Made by a program: the position numbers and the translations under genes. Shown one piece after another: positions 24,440 through 37,699 of a DNA stretch of 64,000 nucleotides. Origin of the DNA: Camelus dromedarius (lineage: Eukaryota); NCBI RefSeq assembly GCF_036321535.1, contig NC_087437.1, forward strand, positions 68,822,001-68,886,000. The letters run 5' to 3'. Below the pieces are notes generated by a model. It saw only the letters and a list, made by a program, of their open reading frames with translations. It was not told the origin of the DNA and made no database searches. Within the stretch, counting starts at the first letter, position 1. Every line of letters starts with the position of its first letter.

Positions 24440-25135
24440 TTTTACTTAGTGTTTTTAAACTCAGCTTTATTAAGTATACTTTGTTTACAATGAAATTTGC
24501 TCATTTTAACTACATTCTGATGAGTATTAAGAAAGGTAGACAGTTGTGTGTTCTCAACCACAATCATGAGATAGAACATTTCCATTAGCCTGAGAGTTGC
24601 CTTCTGCCCTTTTGTAGACAGAAGCCTTCCCTCACCCCCAGTTCCTGACAACCACTGATGTTCCTGCCACTGTGTTTTTTTCCTCTTCTAGACTTTCATA
24701 TAAATGAAATAATACAACAATATAATGTTGAGGGTTTTGGCTGCCTTCTTTCATGTTGCATGATCCTTTACATATTCAACTATGTGTTGCATATATCAGT
24801 AGTTAGAATATTTAATTGCTGAAAGATACTAACACTGTACGGATCTACTTCAAATTGTTTATCAATTTATCAGTCAGTGGGCCTTTAGGTCACTTCTAGT
24901 ACTTTGGCTGTTGTGAATGAAGCACCTATAAACTTTCAGGTACTAATCTTTTTATCATATGTTTTCATTTTTCTTGTGTTAATACTTCGAAGTAGAATTA
25001 CCGGGCCATATGGTAAGTGTATGTTTAACTTTGTAAGAAACTCCAGTTTCTTCTAAAGTGACTGAACTTCCCTACGTTTCTACCAGCAGTGTCTGAGTAT
25101 TTCAGTTGTTCCACCTTCTCACCAATATCCTGTGT
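24440..25135 (-). mobile_element. L1MB-like 3' end
   Basis: CAGCTTTATTAAGTATACTTTG...ACCACAATCATGAGATAGAACATTTCCATT...CCTGACAACCACTGATG...CCATATGGTAAGTGTATGTTTAACTTTGTAAGAAACT. Confidence 0.85.
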
Positions 25136-25144
25136 AGTTTTAGA

Positions 25145-25382
25145 GCAGTGAACTATTTTGATTCTGAACCACAGTAGGAATTTCATTTTACAGTATAGTT
25201 CATGATACACACACATAACTGAAGCATGTTTTAGGAAACAATACTTTGGTTTACCACAGATAAGACAGTCTGATCTCTATTTCCCATTCTCATATATTTT
25301 GTTAAAAAATAAAAATGCTTGTCTTTACTAACCTAATTGCACAACCTACTAATAGTTTGACCTATAATTTTAAAAACATAGC
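25145..25382. mobile_element. hAT-Charlie non-autonomous element
   Basis: Starts TAGAG|CAGTG; AACCACAGTAGGAATTTCATTTTACA...ACACACATAACTGAAGC...CAACCTACTAATAG...TTTAAAAACATAG. Subfamily uncertain. Confidence 0.5.
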
Positions 25383-27329
25383 ACATACTTTTGATACACA
25401 TATATATACCCAAATATTTAATTTTAGGCTGTTGGTTTGTTTTGACCATGAGACTATAGATAATATGGTATAGTGCGTATGATTTCCTCTACCAGGGATC
25501 AGTTGCTTGAGATTAGAAGGGAAATCTGGCTGAAGGATTAATCCAGGCTTGGGGTTTCGCCAAACAGATGAGAATGACATAAAACAAGGCAGGATAATTT
25601 GATAGAAGGTAGCTAACCTTGGAATTGAGTCCAGGCTGGGTGTGATAGAAAGCATTAGTGTCAACAAACCTGTACCAGAGATGGATCACGCTGGCCACAG
25701 TTTGGAGCCATTACAACCATCACCCTCAGCCACTAAAGTGACTACATTTTCTCTTTACCTTATTTTATATCAGCCAATAAAAGGATGGTTTTAGGGGGAA
25801 AAAACTATTTGTCATGGTTAAATGACTGTTTAGAAAGAAGATTGAAATTATTATCAAAACCTTACTAGGTTTAACAATTTTGTTCATTTATACATTGCCC
25901 TTAAACTGTTTTTCATATTTGTTCAGGAGTTAATTATAGTAAAATGACTGATGATTAAACTCGAGAGACTAAAGATATTAAATGAGGTTGTACTAGAATG
26001 GTACTCAGTCTGAAGATACTAGAGTCATAAAAGGTAAAAGAATAAACATTTATTTTTCTGGGTAACTCACAGGTCGTTTCATTTTTTAAAAGTTTGCACT
26101 GGCTTCTGCTATTCCTCTTAAAATTCACCAACATTGTTCTTCCATCAGTGAGCATTCAGCTAAAAACCGAGCTTTTTAAGGTCTTGTATTAGAGGAAACT
26201 GTGTGAAGTTGAAGAAATCATTAGTACATGGATTTAACATTTCAGATTAGCAAAGGAACATGGTCCAAGGTCACTGAATAAATTACACTGTATCAAAAAA
26301 TGAAAATTACACCCTGACATAGTATGATTTTAATAAAAAATGAAAATGGGATTTATGACCCCTTTTCTTCAGGCTACTAATGTTCGTTGCCAAAAGATGA
26401 ATCCCTTCTGTGACATTAAATGTGAGATAGGCTACGGAAAATGTTGTGGGCTAATTCACTTGCCAAGGAGAGAGGCAAAGTGTATACATGCCTGTATTTT
26501 TATACCCATCTGCTGTCATGGTGAAGCCAAATATGTCTGAGGCAAACAAATCAGGCCAAATAAGATCATTTTTTCCCAGCACAAAAATGGAAATGTAATG
26601 AATAAATGAGATGCAGGTCCAACAGTTAACGAAAGAATGTAACAATGCTGATTGGAAAGAAGTGGCAGCCATTTGATTTGTACCACTGAAAATGAATTTA
26701 ACCTAGTCCTTCTAGGAACCATAGATAGGCCACTGTCAGTCTGGACGGACTTGTTGCATTGAGTCTGATAAGATACCTCTAAATATAATATTAATGAATA
26801 CATCATTAGCAGCTCATATATTCAAGTAAGGAATACGAAAAGTATATTTAAAGATGGAACAAGTATAAAAGCCCTGTAACAGGATGTGAGTTTGAATCAG
26901 CACACATTATACCCTGATTAAATTTGAGAAATTGGTTAAAACCGGTAAGATAAAATCCACATAGTACACACGTAACATGTCTCAGTGATGGCAGAAATTA
27001 ACAGATGTCCTCATTTAGAATGACAACTGAGACAGACTCTGTAGGATGGTTGGATCCATAGATTAATGAAGCTGTTAATAAGATAATATTTTACTAAATA
27101 TGTCATGAAGGAATATGTTTTCCAACAGATATTTTTATTTTGTCTTAAAGAGAAAACATTAGTTTATGAACTCTAAAATGTCAAGATGCTGTTCATCAGT
27201 TGTTTCATGAAAGCTCTTATTGACAAACTAGAACATTGCAGATCATAATTAATAAAGAACTTTCTACTGAAGCACCCTTCGTGTTAAGGGGAAAAGCTTT
27301 CTTACTACGGTATTTCCTTGATACTGCTC

Positions 27330-28460
27330 CATCTTGATAACTGCTGGTTAGACTGGCTCTTTTTATTTCCAACCTCTTGAAACTTCCATATATACCTCTG
27401 CCTCGATCTCCTACCTACTCACTTTCTGGAGCCCCTACATTCAATCTTAAATATTTCACTTGAGAGATATTAAAAATGTCCTTTCTGTCTACTCAGTGTC
27501 TTTTCCTCAGACTTTATTTTCCTTAAACTCTGACATTTGGCATCAAATGTTAGAAAAGAGTGACTGTCTGCCTCTCTTTTGAAATACTTTTCCCTTATGG
27601 CTTCTGCAGGTATATCCTTTCTCCTTTCTCTTCCCAACTCTGGCCCTTCCTTCTTAGTCTCTTTTTCAGGGGCCCCTTCTTTTCATCTATCTACCAAGAG
27701 TAAAGTTCTCCAAATCTATGTGCTCAAATCTCTTCTTTCCTCTCTGTGTTCAATCTATTAATATATTTACTCTTCAGGTATTCAGTGAACATCTCTGTCA
27801 TTATCTGTTTCTCCCATCTGTATCTCCAGCCTTGAACTCTTACCTTGTCTTCATTCAATTACTTATTTCACCAGCTTAAAATAAATATTTGTTTGGTCTT
27901 CCATAGTTACCACAAATTTAACATTGTCCCTGAAAGCATGATTCCATTTGTAATCATTTTCTTACTTTGTTTGCATGAGGAGATGAACAGAACCACTCTT
28001 CTCCCTCTCTGCTAGATTTTGAGTCTCTCATTTTCCTTTCCCTTCCTTTATTTCTATCAAGCCTCTCAGGTTAGCCCATTTCTCCCCAGGCCCTGCATAA
28101 TCACTGTGCTGTACGCACTTTTCATACAGTAGCCAATTCACGGGAAGGCTTTCTGTGTGTTCTCAGTGCCTGCCTGTGTCCAGTTCCCACTCAGCCTGCG
28201 CCCTGGTGCCCCGACACATTTCCTTAACACACAACTTCCATTCCATCACTTTTCTGATTAAGAACTTTTCATGGTTCCCAAAGCCCAGTGCATCAAATCA
28301 AAGCTCATCCAACTGTAGTTCAGTCTTTCATAGTCCGTCCCCTTTTTACTGAAACAATTTAACTGCCCACTCATTTCCAGTTCATAGTGTCTGCTTTAGT
28401 TAGGCCATCTGCATATTTATTTCTACCTTGTGCCTTAATCATGATGGTATTTACATCTGA
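27330..28460 (+). mobile_element. L2 LINE fragment
   Basis: TTTGAAATACTTTTCCCTTATGGCTTC...CTCTGGCCCTTCCTTCTTAGTCTCTTTT...TCTGTATCTCCAGCCTTGAACTCT; pyrimidine-rich L2 3' region. Confidence 0.7.
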
Positions 28461-29389
28461 CATAGTAACATTTGAATTTAAAACCAAGGTTCACTAGTAA
28501 TCCTATGATAGCCTACAAGTTGCTGCCAAATGTAAGTCCTTTCTTTGTTTCTTTTGGGTAAATGATGCCCATTTCCATAAACACTTTTTTCTTTAATTTT
28601 CGTCTTACTTAGAGTCATTACAAAATGGTTGAGCTATTCAGAATTACTGTAATTTGAACTCCTAAACAAAAATGAGAGATCTACTGTCGTTTGCTAGAAA
28701 TAATTGCATTTTATTTTATTTTATTAAGGATGCTACATCTATCAACACTGTGACATTTCCACTTCATATGAAACAGAGGGTTGGAATGCTCAGAATATTA
28801 CAGAAGGATTTGGTAGTTGTTATTATAGGTATAACATCAATGTTGTTTTCTCATGGTTTTCATTTTCAGTTGCAGAAATGTTTGCTTTTACCTTTAAATC
28901 AGTGTTAATTTAGCTCTATCATGCTTAATTTAGCTTGTTAAAAGTGGTTTCACTAACTGTATAGCATGTAGTGATGCATTTAGGTATCATCAAAAATGTT
29001 GGTTTACAATTATTAGATTACTAACCTTTAAGACATTATATAAGTTGCAGTTAAAATATGAGCCCACATACTTTACTTCTCTTTCCAAGTCAAGTGCATA
29101 CACAATTATTAAATTGTACATTGGTATATAATTATTTTTTCCCACAAAAGTAGTAAGAGGCTGAGTATGTCTTTTGCCCTGCTGAAAAGTAATTGTAGAA
29201 GCATTGATTTGAAAGATCTAATCAGGTTTGGCTCATTTAATAGCTCCTTCTGCCCCAAGGCTTGTTCACAGCTTTCTTATAAAGTGTATGTTTGGATCCA
29301 AGAATCTCTCCGGGATACAACTTGTTCTGCCTTTCATTTCAAATCTAATTCTTGCTTATTATTTAGTCTTTGGGGTTTAATGAAGGCAA

Positions 29390-29600
29390 CAGAGCACGCT
29401 AGCGGAAGCAATGGCTTAGGGGTCTAACCTAGGTTTGACATAAAACTCTTGTATTGTCAAGTGCGGAATTGAGTATATTACTTAAGTTCCCTAAACTTCA
29501 GTTTTGTCATCTTTAGTATGGGATATTGCTTACATGGGTGATCATTTGGGAGGACTAAACAAAGTAGTGTCTGGCGTAAAGTATGCTTTCCACCAACATG
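29390..29600 (+). mobile_element. MIR SINE
   Basis: AACCTAGGTTTGA...TATTACTTAAGTTCCCTAAACTTCAGTTTTGTCATCTTTAGTATGGGAT...GTGTCTGGCGTAAAGTATGCT. Confidence 0.6.
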
Positions 29601-30289
29601 CTTTCACCAACATACTTTCCTATATGAAGACTACCATTTGCCTGGGACTAAATATTCAGTACTCCTTTGTTCTTGCATTAGTCAAATTGATTTGTGTTGT
29701 AGTTTCAGAAACCCAATTAAACAAGAAGGATAACATAAGTATACAACAGTCTTTCACACAGTAGGAAAATATCCCTTGATAAAGAAAGGGATGGACCCAC
29801 AGATTTGATGGTTCTCAATTTTCTTTCCATGTCTTCTTTCACTTTTTTTGCTCTATTATTTGCATCTACTCCATTATTCTTCATTTTTTCAGGCTAACTT
29901 TCTCTGCTTCTGAGTCCACAGAATGGGAAAAATGGCTGACAGTAGCCTGTGAATTTTCTAGCTCCCAATCTGCTCAGCTAGACGAAGAAAGATGAAATAC
30001 AAGTCCAATTTAGAATAGCCATTTGGTCCAACTAGAGAAAGAGATGATTGTCCTAGCTTAAAAATTGGGCCCCACTTTAAATTAGTCATTTGTAGTAGGG
30101 AATAGTAGTATTATATGGACATGATTGCTTCTTCTGTAACTATGTATATGAGGCATTTCTCAGAAAATGGAGCTTTTCCAGAAAGGAGAAATCATGAAGT
30201 CTAGTTACATGACTTAATAGATGTCCTTTATTGTTATCAGTACTTGCTCAACCTTAATTCTCAAGCACCAAACGTAGCTGCCAAGGTCC

Positions 30290-30772
30290 ATCTCTACCTG
30301 GGAGGAGAGGTTAGACATTAAGTTATTTCCCTTTTCCTACCTCTCCAAATTCTATCCATTCATTCTTAAGAGCTAGCTCACTTAGTTCTGGGTGAGCTTG
30401 TACTTGGTTTGATCAATACAATATGGTAAAAATAATACCACATGACTTCTGAGGCTAGGTTATAAATAATGATAGAGCTTCCAGTTTATTTGCTGGAACA
30501 TTTGTGCTGAAGCATTGAGCCACCATGAAAGAAGTTCTGCTTTCTTGATCATGCTATAGAAGACATCTGTAGCAAGGAGAGGTCACAAGGCACTCTCTGC
30601 CTTTGAGTCTTCCTAGCCATGGTCCCCAACTTTGAGAATCAGGGACAAGCCATCCCCACCTACTGTGTCACTTCTAAACTTTTAACAGCCAAATACATTA
30701 GTGTACTAAGATGATTGCTTCATATCATTAAACTATGGGGTAATTTGTTACACAGCAACAGCAACTGGAACA
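30290..30772 (+). mobile_element. MaLR LTR (MLT1F/G-like)
   Basis: GACTTCTGAGGCTAGGTTATAAA...GAGCCACCATG...GGGGTAATTTGTTACACAGCAACAGCAACTGGAACA. Confidence 0.7.
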
Positions 30773-30974
30773 ATGTTGTTTGTTAGTTGTATGAACTCTA
30801 CCACTTTGCAGCTTGCTTTTTTTCCCCATTTTCTCCTTTTTTTCTCTTTTTATCTGAGTTATAGTTGATACACAGCATTGTATAAATTTAAGGTATGCAA
30901 CCTATTAATTTGATACATTTCTTGCAATTTGATTGCCATAGTAGCATTAACTAATGCCTCTAACACATTTTTAT

Positions 30975-31464
30975 TCTCTTAATGGTGGCTCTCAATGAAG
31001 AGATTTTCATTCTTATTCTTCCAATTGTCAATCTTATTCTTCATGATTGGTGCTTATAGTGGTTCTGTTTGATAAATGCGTTCCTACACAAAGGTTAAGA
31101 AGATATTTTCTTATATTAACATTTGGATGCTTTATTATTTTACTTTTATTTTTTTATCTGCAATCCAGAGAAATTATTTTTTATTCAATGTGAGAGTAAA
31201 GATTCATTTCTTTTTCCTATGGATATCCAGTTGACCCAATACCATTTATTGAAAAACTAATTTTTATTTGTGTTTGGATCTATTACTGGATTATCTAGTT
31301 TTTTTCACTGGTCTACTTATATTTCCTTGCATACTCCCATGTCTTATTTTATAAGCTTTTTACGTATGATTGCATAGGTTCTTTGGCCTTTTCTTTTGGA
31401 GAAATTATAGTTCTTCACTAATTTGGGGCCCTTGAATTTAATATGAAAATTTAAATTGGTTTTT

Positions 31465-31503
<39 letters not shown>

Positions 31504-32770
31504 TTAGGATTTTTATTGCAGTTGTTTTCAACCTATAAATCAATTTTGGGAAAATTTACATCTTTAAAATACTGGACTTTGCAGTTCATAAATAAAGTTT
31601 ATTTCTCTATTGTAGTATTTTTAATTTCTATCAAGAATGATATAGAGTTTTCTGTGTAGAAATATTGTGTAACTTTTATATGGTTATTCCTAGATATTTG
31701 ACTTCTGTTTTGCATTTTAAAGGGTATTCCATTTTCTGTTTCATTTTAATTTTTTTTTGTTTTGTATATGTGTGTGTAAATATATTGATCTTGTACATAG
31801 TGACCTTGCTAAACTTCCATATTTAAAGTAGTATTTATCTCAAGATGTCTTTGGATTTTCTTCACACACAACTACATTGTCTAAAAATCATGATACTTTT
31901 ATTTCTTCCTTTCTAATTCTGTTTTTAAAGTTTATTATTTTTCAGCCCTGAGTAGGACCTTTGTTCCTCTGTATAATAGAAATAATGATAGCTGGTATCC
32001 TTTCATGTTCCCAAACTTGCAATAAAGGGGTTAATATTTCACCATAAAGTAAAATAATGTTTTTATATTTGTTTTTGGGGGTATAATTTATCATATTAAG
32101 TAATTTTCCTTTATTTTCTAGTTTGTGAACTGTTTGTTTTCTCTTTTAATTATGAATGAAATAGAAATTTATTATGTTTTTTTTTGTCTCTCCCTATTGA
32201 CAATTGTGTGCTTTTCCTCCTTGTTTTGTTAATATAGTCAATTATAATAATTGGTTCTTAAATTAAACCAATTACACATTTCCATAATAAATGAGATTTG
32301 GTTGTGATGGATTACCCTTTTAAAATATTGTTGGATTCTGTTTGCTTTTTTATTTGTATCCACGTATAAGAGAGAAATTGGCTTACAATTTTCTTTTTGT
32401 TTAAATAGCCTTGTCAGATATCAGCTCTGCTACTTATATATATTGGTACACAGTTAGATATATATAAATATATTTATATAAATTAATTTATATATGAACT
32501 TTAATGTATATAAAATTTTTTATACAAAAACCAATATATAAACTTTATTGTATACATATATATTATATATGAGGAATATGATGTCAGAGTTATGCCAGCT
32601 TTATGAAACAAGTTAGATAATTTCTCTTTTTTATGATAAAGACATTGGGGCCTAGAGCTTATTTGCAGGAAGGTTTTTGTTTGTTTACTTGTTTCTTGTA
32701 GAATAAAATATAATTATGTTGGGTATATGAAGTTTTAGCATCAGAACATAAAATGTATAGGACTATTCAG
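30975..32770 (-). mobile_element. Old L1M ORF2 relic (host of later insertions; resumes at about 37700)
   Basis: GGATATCCAGTTGACCCAATACCATTTATTGAAAA...TTGTTAGGATTTTTATTGCAGTTG...GTGACCTTGCTAAAC; degenerate reverse L1 ORF2. Confidence 0.75.
31471..31500. repeat. (AC)15 microsatellite
   Basis: Perfect 15-unit run. Confidence 0.98.
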
Positions 32771-32774
32771 GTAT

Positions 32775-33222
32775 TTTATTAAAAAAAATTTGAAGTATGG
32801 TTCATTTACAATATTGTGTTAGTTTCAGGTGTACAGCGAAATGATTCAGTTTTTTTTTCAGATTATATTCCATTATAGTTTATTATAAGAAATTGAATAT
32901 AATTCCCTGTGCTATGCAGTAAATATTTTTGCTTCTCTGTTTTACATTTAGTAGTTTTCATCTGTTAATCCCATGCTTCTAATTTGTTCCTCCCTTCCTC
33001 CTTCTCCACTTTGATAACCATGTGTGTTTTCTATGTCCATGAGCCTGTTTCTGTTTTGTATAAAGATTCATTTCTGTTTTTAGATTCCACATATAAGTGA
33101 TATCATATAATATTTGCCTTTCTCTGTCTGACTTATTTCACTAAGCATAATATCCTATAAGTCCACCCATGTTGTTGCAAATGGTGATAGTTTCATTCCT
33201 TTTTATGGCTGAGTAATATTTC

Positions 33223-33255
<33 letters not shown>

Positions 33256-36200
33256 AAAGATGTGGTGTGTGTGTGTGTGTTTATCTTCTTTATCCATTCA
33301 TCTGTTGATGGACATTTAGGTTTGTCTTGGCTATTAAAAATAGTGCTGCTATGAACATTGAGCTGCATGTATCTTTTTGAATTAGAGTTTTCAGTTTTTC
33401 CAGATATGTGCCCAGGAGTAGAATTGCTGGATCATGTGGTAGATCTATTTTTATTATTTTAAGGAACGTCCATACTGTTTTCCATAGTGTCTGCACGAAT
33501 TTATACTTCCACCAACAGTGTATGAGAGTTCCTATTTGTTCACAACCTCTCGAGCATTTATTATTTGTAGACTTTCTGATGATAGCCATTCTGACCAGTG
33601 TGAAGTGATGTCTCAGTGTGGTTTTGATTTGCATTTCTCAAATAATTAGTGATGTTGAGCATCTTTTCATATGCCTGTTGGCCATCTGTATATCTTCTTT
33701 GGAAATATGTCTGTGTAGGTCTTCTGCCCATTTTTTGATTGGGTTGTTTTTGATATCGAGGTGTATGAGTTGTTTGTATAGTCTGAATATTAACACTTGT
33801 CAACCACATCATTTGGAAATATTTTCTCCCATTCAGTAGATTGTCTTTTCATTTTGTTGATGGTTTCCTTTGCTGTGCAAAAGCTTTTAAGTCCGATTAG
33901 GTCCCATTCATTTATTTTTGTTTTTTGTTTCTTTTACTTTGGGAGACTGATCTAAGAAAATAGTGCTACAAGTTATGTCAAAGAATGTATTGCCTATGAT
34001 TTTTTTCTAGGAGTTTCATGGTGTCATGTCTTATATTTAGGTCTTTGAACTATTTCGAATTTATTTTTGTGTATTGTGTGAGGGAGCATTCTGATTTCAT
34101 TGATTTATATGTAGCCACCCAGCTTTCCTAACACCACTTGTTAAAGCGATTATCTTTACTCAATTGTATATTCTTGCCTCCTTTGTCATGAATTAATTGA
34201 CCATAGATCTGTGGGTTTATTTCTGGGATCTCTCTTCTGTTGCATTGATCTATATGTCTGTTTTTGTGACAATACCGTGTTGTTTTGATTACTGTAGAAT
34301 TGTAATATTGTCTGAGGTTTAGAGGGGTTATGCCTACAACTTTGTTCTGTTTCCTTAGGATTTCTTTGGTGATTGTGGGCCTTTTCTGGTGCCATATAAA
34401 TTTTAGGATTATTTGTTCTAGTTCTGTGAAAAATGTCCTGGGTGTTCTGATAGAGAGTGTATTAAATCTGTAGATTTCTTTGGGTAATATGGCCATTTTA
34501 ACAATATTAATTCTTTCAATCCAATAACATAGGATATCTTTCTATTTCTTTGAATCATCTTCAATTCCTTTTATCAGTGTTTTATAGTTTTTAGCATATA
34601 GGTCATTCACCTCCTTGGTTAAGCTTATTCCTAGATAGGTTTTTTGTTGTTGTTGTTGTTGTTTTTGTTTGTTTGTTTTGGTATGTGACTTTTAAACGGG
34701 ATTTTTAGAAATTTTATCTTTCTGGTATTTCATAATTAGTGTAAAGAAAGGCAGCAGATTTCTGTATATTAATCTTGTATCCTGCTACCTTGCTGAATTC
34801 ATTTACTAGTTGCAATCATTTTTGTGTGGAGATTTTAGGGTTCTCTACATAGAGTATCACATCATCTGCATATAGTGACAGTTTTACCTCTTCGCATCCA
34901 ACTTGGACACCTTTTATTTCTTTCTCTTGTCTAATTGCTGTGGCTAGAACTTTCAATAGTATGCTGAATAAAAGTGATGAGAGTGACATCCTTGTCTTGT
35001 TCCTGAATTTAGAAGGAAGTTTTTCAGCTTTTCACCATTGAGTATTATCTGTACTGTGAGTCTGTTGTAAATGGCTTTTATTATGTTGAAATATGTTATC
35101 TCTATACCCACTTTGATGAAAGTTTTTATCATGAATGTGTGTGGAATTTTGTCAAATGCTTTTTCTGCATCTATTGAGATGATCATATGATTTTTGTCTT
35201 TCCTTTTGTTAATGTGGTGTATCACATTGATTGATTTTCATATGTTAAACCATCCTTGTGACCCTGCAATGAATCTAAGTTGGTCATGATGTATGATGCT
35301 TGTTATATATTGTTGGATTTGGCTTGCTGATATTTTGCTGAGGATTTTTGCATCTATATTTATCAATGATACTGGCCTATAAACTTCTTTTTCTTAGTAT
35401 TTTTATCTGGATTTGGTATCAAGGTGATAGTGGCTTCATAGAATGAATTTGGGAGTGTTTCCCCTCTTCAATTTTTTGGAATAGTTTAAGAAAGATAGGT
35501 GTAAGTTATTCTTTGTATATTTGGTAGAATTCCCCAGTGAAGCTGTCCAATCCTGGATTTTGTCTGCAGAGAGGTTTTTTGTTTTGTTTTGTTTTGTTTT
35601 TTGTTTTTTTAATTACAGATTCTATTTCACTTTTAGTGATTGGTCTGTTCAAATTAACTGTTTCTCCTTGACTCAGTTTTGGCACTCGGTATGTTTTTAG
35701 AAACTTGTCCATTTCTTCTAGATTGTCCAATTTGTTGGCATAGAACTGTTTGTAGTATTCTCTTATGATTTTTTATATTTCTGTGGTATCAGTTGTTATT
35801 TCTCCTTTTTCACTTCCTGTATGTTTATTTGGGTCTACTCTCTTTTCTTCTTGGTGATCCTGGCAGGGGTCTTTTTTAATCTTTTCAAAGAACCAGCTCT
35901 GGTTTTATTGATCTTTTTCTTTTTTTTATCACAATCTTATTTATTTTCTCTCTAATCTTTATTATTTCCTTTCTTCTGCTGACTTTGGGTTTTGTTTGTT
36001 CTTTTCTACTCTTTAGGTGATAGGTTAGGTTGTTTGAGGGTTTTGTTTGTTTGTTTCATAAGGAAGGCCCTTATCACTATGAACTTCATTCTTAGAACTG
36101 TTTTTGCTGCATCTCTTAGATTTTGTGTGGTTGTGTTTTCCTTTCTTTTGTCTCAAGGCATTTTCTGATTGTTTTGATTTTATCATTGAGCCATTGGTCT

Positions 36201-36360
36201 TTTAGTAGCATGTTGTTTAGTCTCCATGTGTTCATTCTTTTCCTGTTTTTCTTTCTGTGGTTGATTTCTAGTTTCATACTGTTGTGATCAGAAAAGATGC
36301 TTGAAATATCCTCTTTAATTTGTTGACACTTATTTTGTTACCTAGTATGTGGTCTATCCT
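32775..36360 (-). mobile_element. 5'-truncated LINE-1 (about 3.6 kb), cetartiodactyl/camelid-type, frameshifted ORF2 plus 3' UTR
   Basis: Minus-strand ORF2 peptides: [11 protein letters not shown] (35506-35730), [15 protein letters not shown]...SGTRQGC (34953-35225), [16 protein letters not shown] (YADD at 34861-34872), [12 protein letters not shown] (34128-34496), GTLIHCWW...HDPAILLLG (33290-33634); many stops and frameshifts. Confidence 0.97.
33225..33280. repeat. Interrupted (TG)n microsatellite inside L1
   Basis: Two TG runs separated by TACAAAGATGTG. Confidence 0.95.
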
Positions 36361-36769
36361 AATTGTTCTTTTTTTGTAGTTTTTTTTCTTCAGAAATTTT
36401 ACTTAATCTTTATAACAGTCCTAAAATGAAAGGAAGAAATGCCCATAATACATATAGAATAAAAGACAAAAGTCTATTTTCTGTATTATAAAGCAGTTTT
36501 CCTCACCTTTGGATGATATTTAATATTTATTGACAGCAACAAAAACGTGTTTAACTTTTCTAAGTTTCTCAATCATGTGTTTATTTTGAAAGGCTGTTTA
36601 TAGCTATTTTCTCCCTATTCTAAGAGAGACATGTGGATAGAAGATAGATTATTTTCCTCTACAAAACAAGCATATTTGACTTCTTTTTCAGCAACTTAAT
36701 TTATTATTCTATAAAATTACAGACAGTTGTCTTTTTTCCTTTTCATTTCCTCCATGGTTTTTAAAAAAT

Positions 36770-37695
36770 TTAACCAAAGTCCCATACTTTCTCAGATTTC
36801 CTCAGTTTTTCTTCCTAATGTACTTTTTTATGTTCTGAGATTTAATCCAGGATATCACATGACATTTAGTGATCATATCTCATTATGCTTTCCTTGGTTT
36901 TGACTGTTTCTTGGACTTCCTTTGTTTTTGATGACTTTGATAGTTTTGAGCATTATAGATTAGGTATTCTAGAGAGTATCTCTCAAGTCAAATTTTTTTT
37001 TCAATATTTTCCCCATGATTATGCTGAGAAAATGTGTTTTGGGGAGGAAGACCACATAAATAAAGTGTCCTTCTCATTACATCATATGAAAGAAAGGTAC
37101 ATACTATCAATATGACTTATCACTGTTGATGTTAACCTTGACCACTTGGCTTAAGACTGTTTGTCAGGTCTCTCCTTGGTCAAGTTACTTTTTTTCTCCC
37201 TTTATATACTGTACTTTTTGAAGAAAGTCATGATGTGCTGCTCACACTGAAGTGTGAAGTTATACTCCTTAAGGGTGAAGTATCTTCATAAGTTCAAATT
37301 ATTCTGCACAGGAGACTTGTCCATTCTCCCCATTTATTTGTTTATTCAATCATTTATTTATATCAGTATCATCCTATGCATTTTGTTTACTTTGGGTTAT
37401 AATATAGTAATAGTTTATTTGTTGCTCAAATTATTCAAGCTTTGACTTTTGGGAACTCTTTCAGTTGGATCCTGTATCCCTATGACATAGTAACATGAGG
37501 TTTTTGGTTTTTGTTTGTTTACTTATTTGTGTTCTGAACATTTTCTTATTGTCTTGTACCACAACATTGTCCAGGCTCATTGTATATATTTCCTATCCCT
37601 GTCCTAAAAGAGGCTACATTTCCAAATAATCTTGGTTTAAAAAATGTTATTTGAATATGATGCTAGAAACCAAGATCTTGGTGTTAGGTGTGCTT
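36770..37695 (-). mobile_element. L1MC-type 3' UTR fragment
   Basis: ATCCAGGATATCACATGACATTTAGT...TTTGGGGAGGAAGACCAC...CACTGTTGATGTTAACCTTGACCACTTGGCT...TAGAAACCAAGATCTTGGTGTTAGGTGTGCT. Confidence 0.8.
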
Positions 37696-37699
37696 TCTT

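Noticed and set aside
25005..25020. Strong donor ATG|GTAAGT
   Set aside because: Part of the antisense L1 consensus; the same applies to CTG|GTAAGT in the L2 tail near 47898.
26860..27250. Possible CR1/L3 ORF2 remnants
   Set aside because: Too degenerate to support by eye; needs a Dfam search.
33141..35730. L1 ORF2-like ORFs as functional CDS
   Set aside because: Fragmented by stops and frameshifts, and the element is 5'-truncated, so it is a dead copy.
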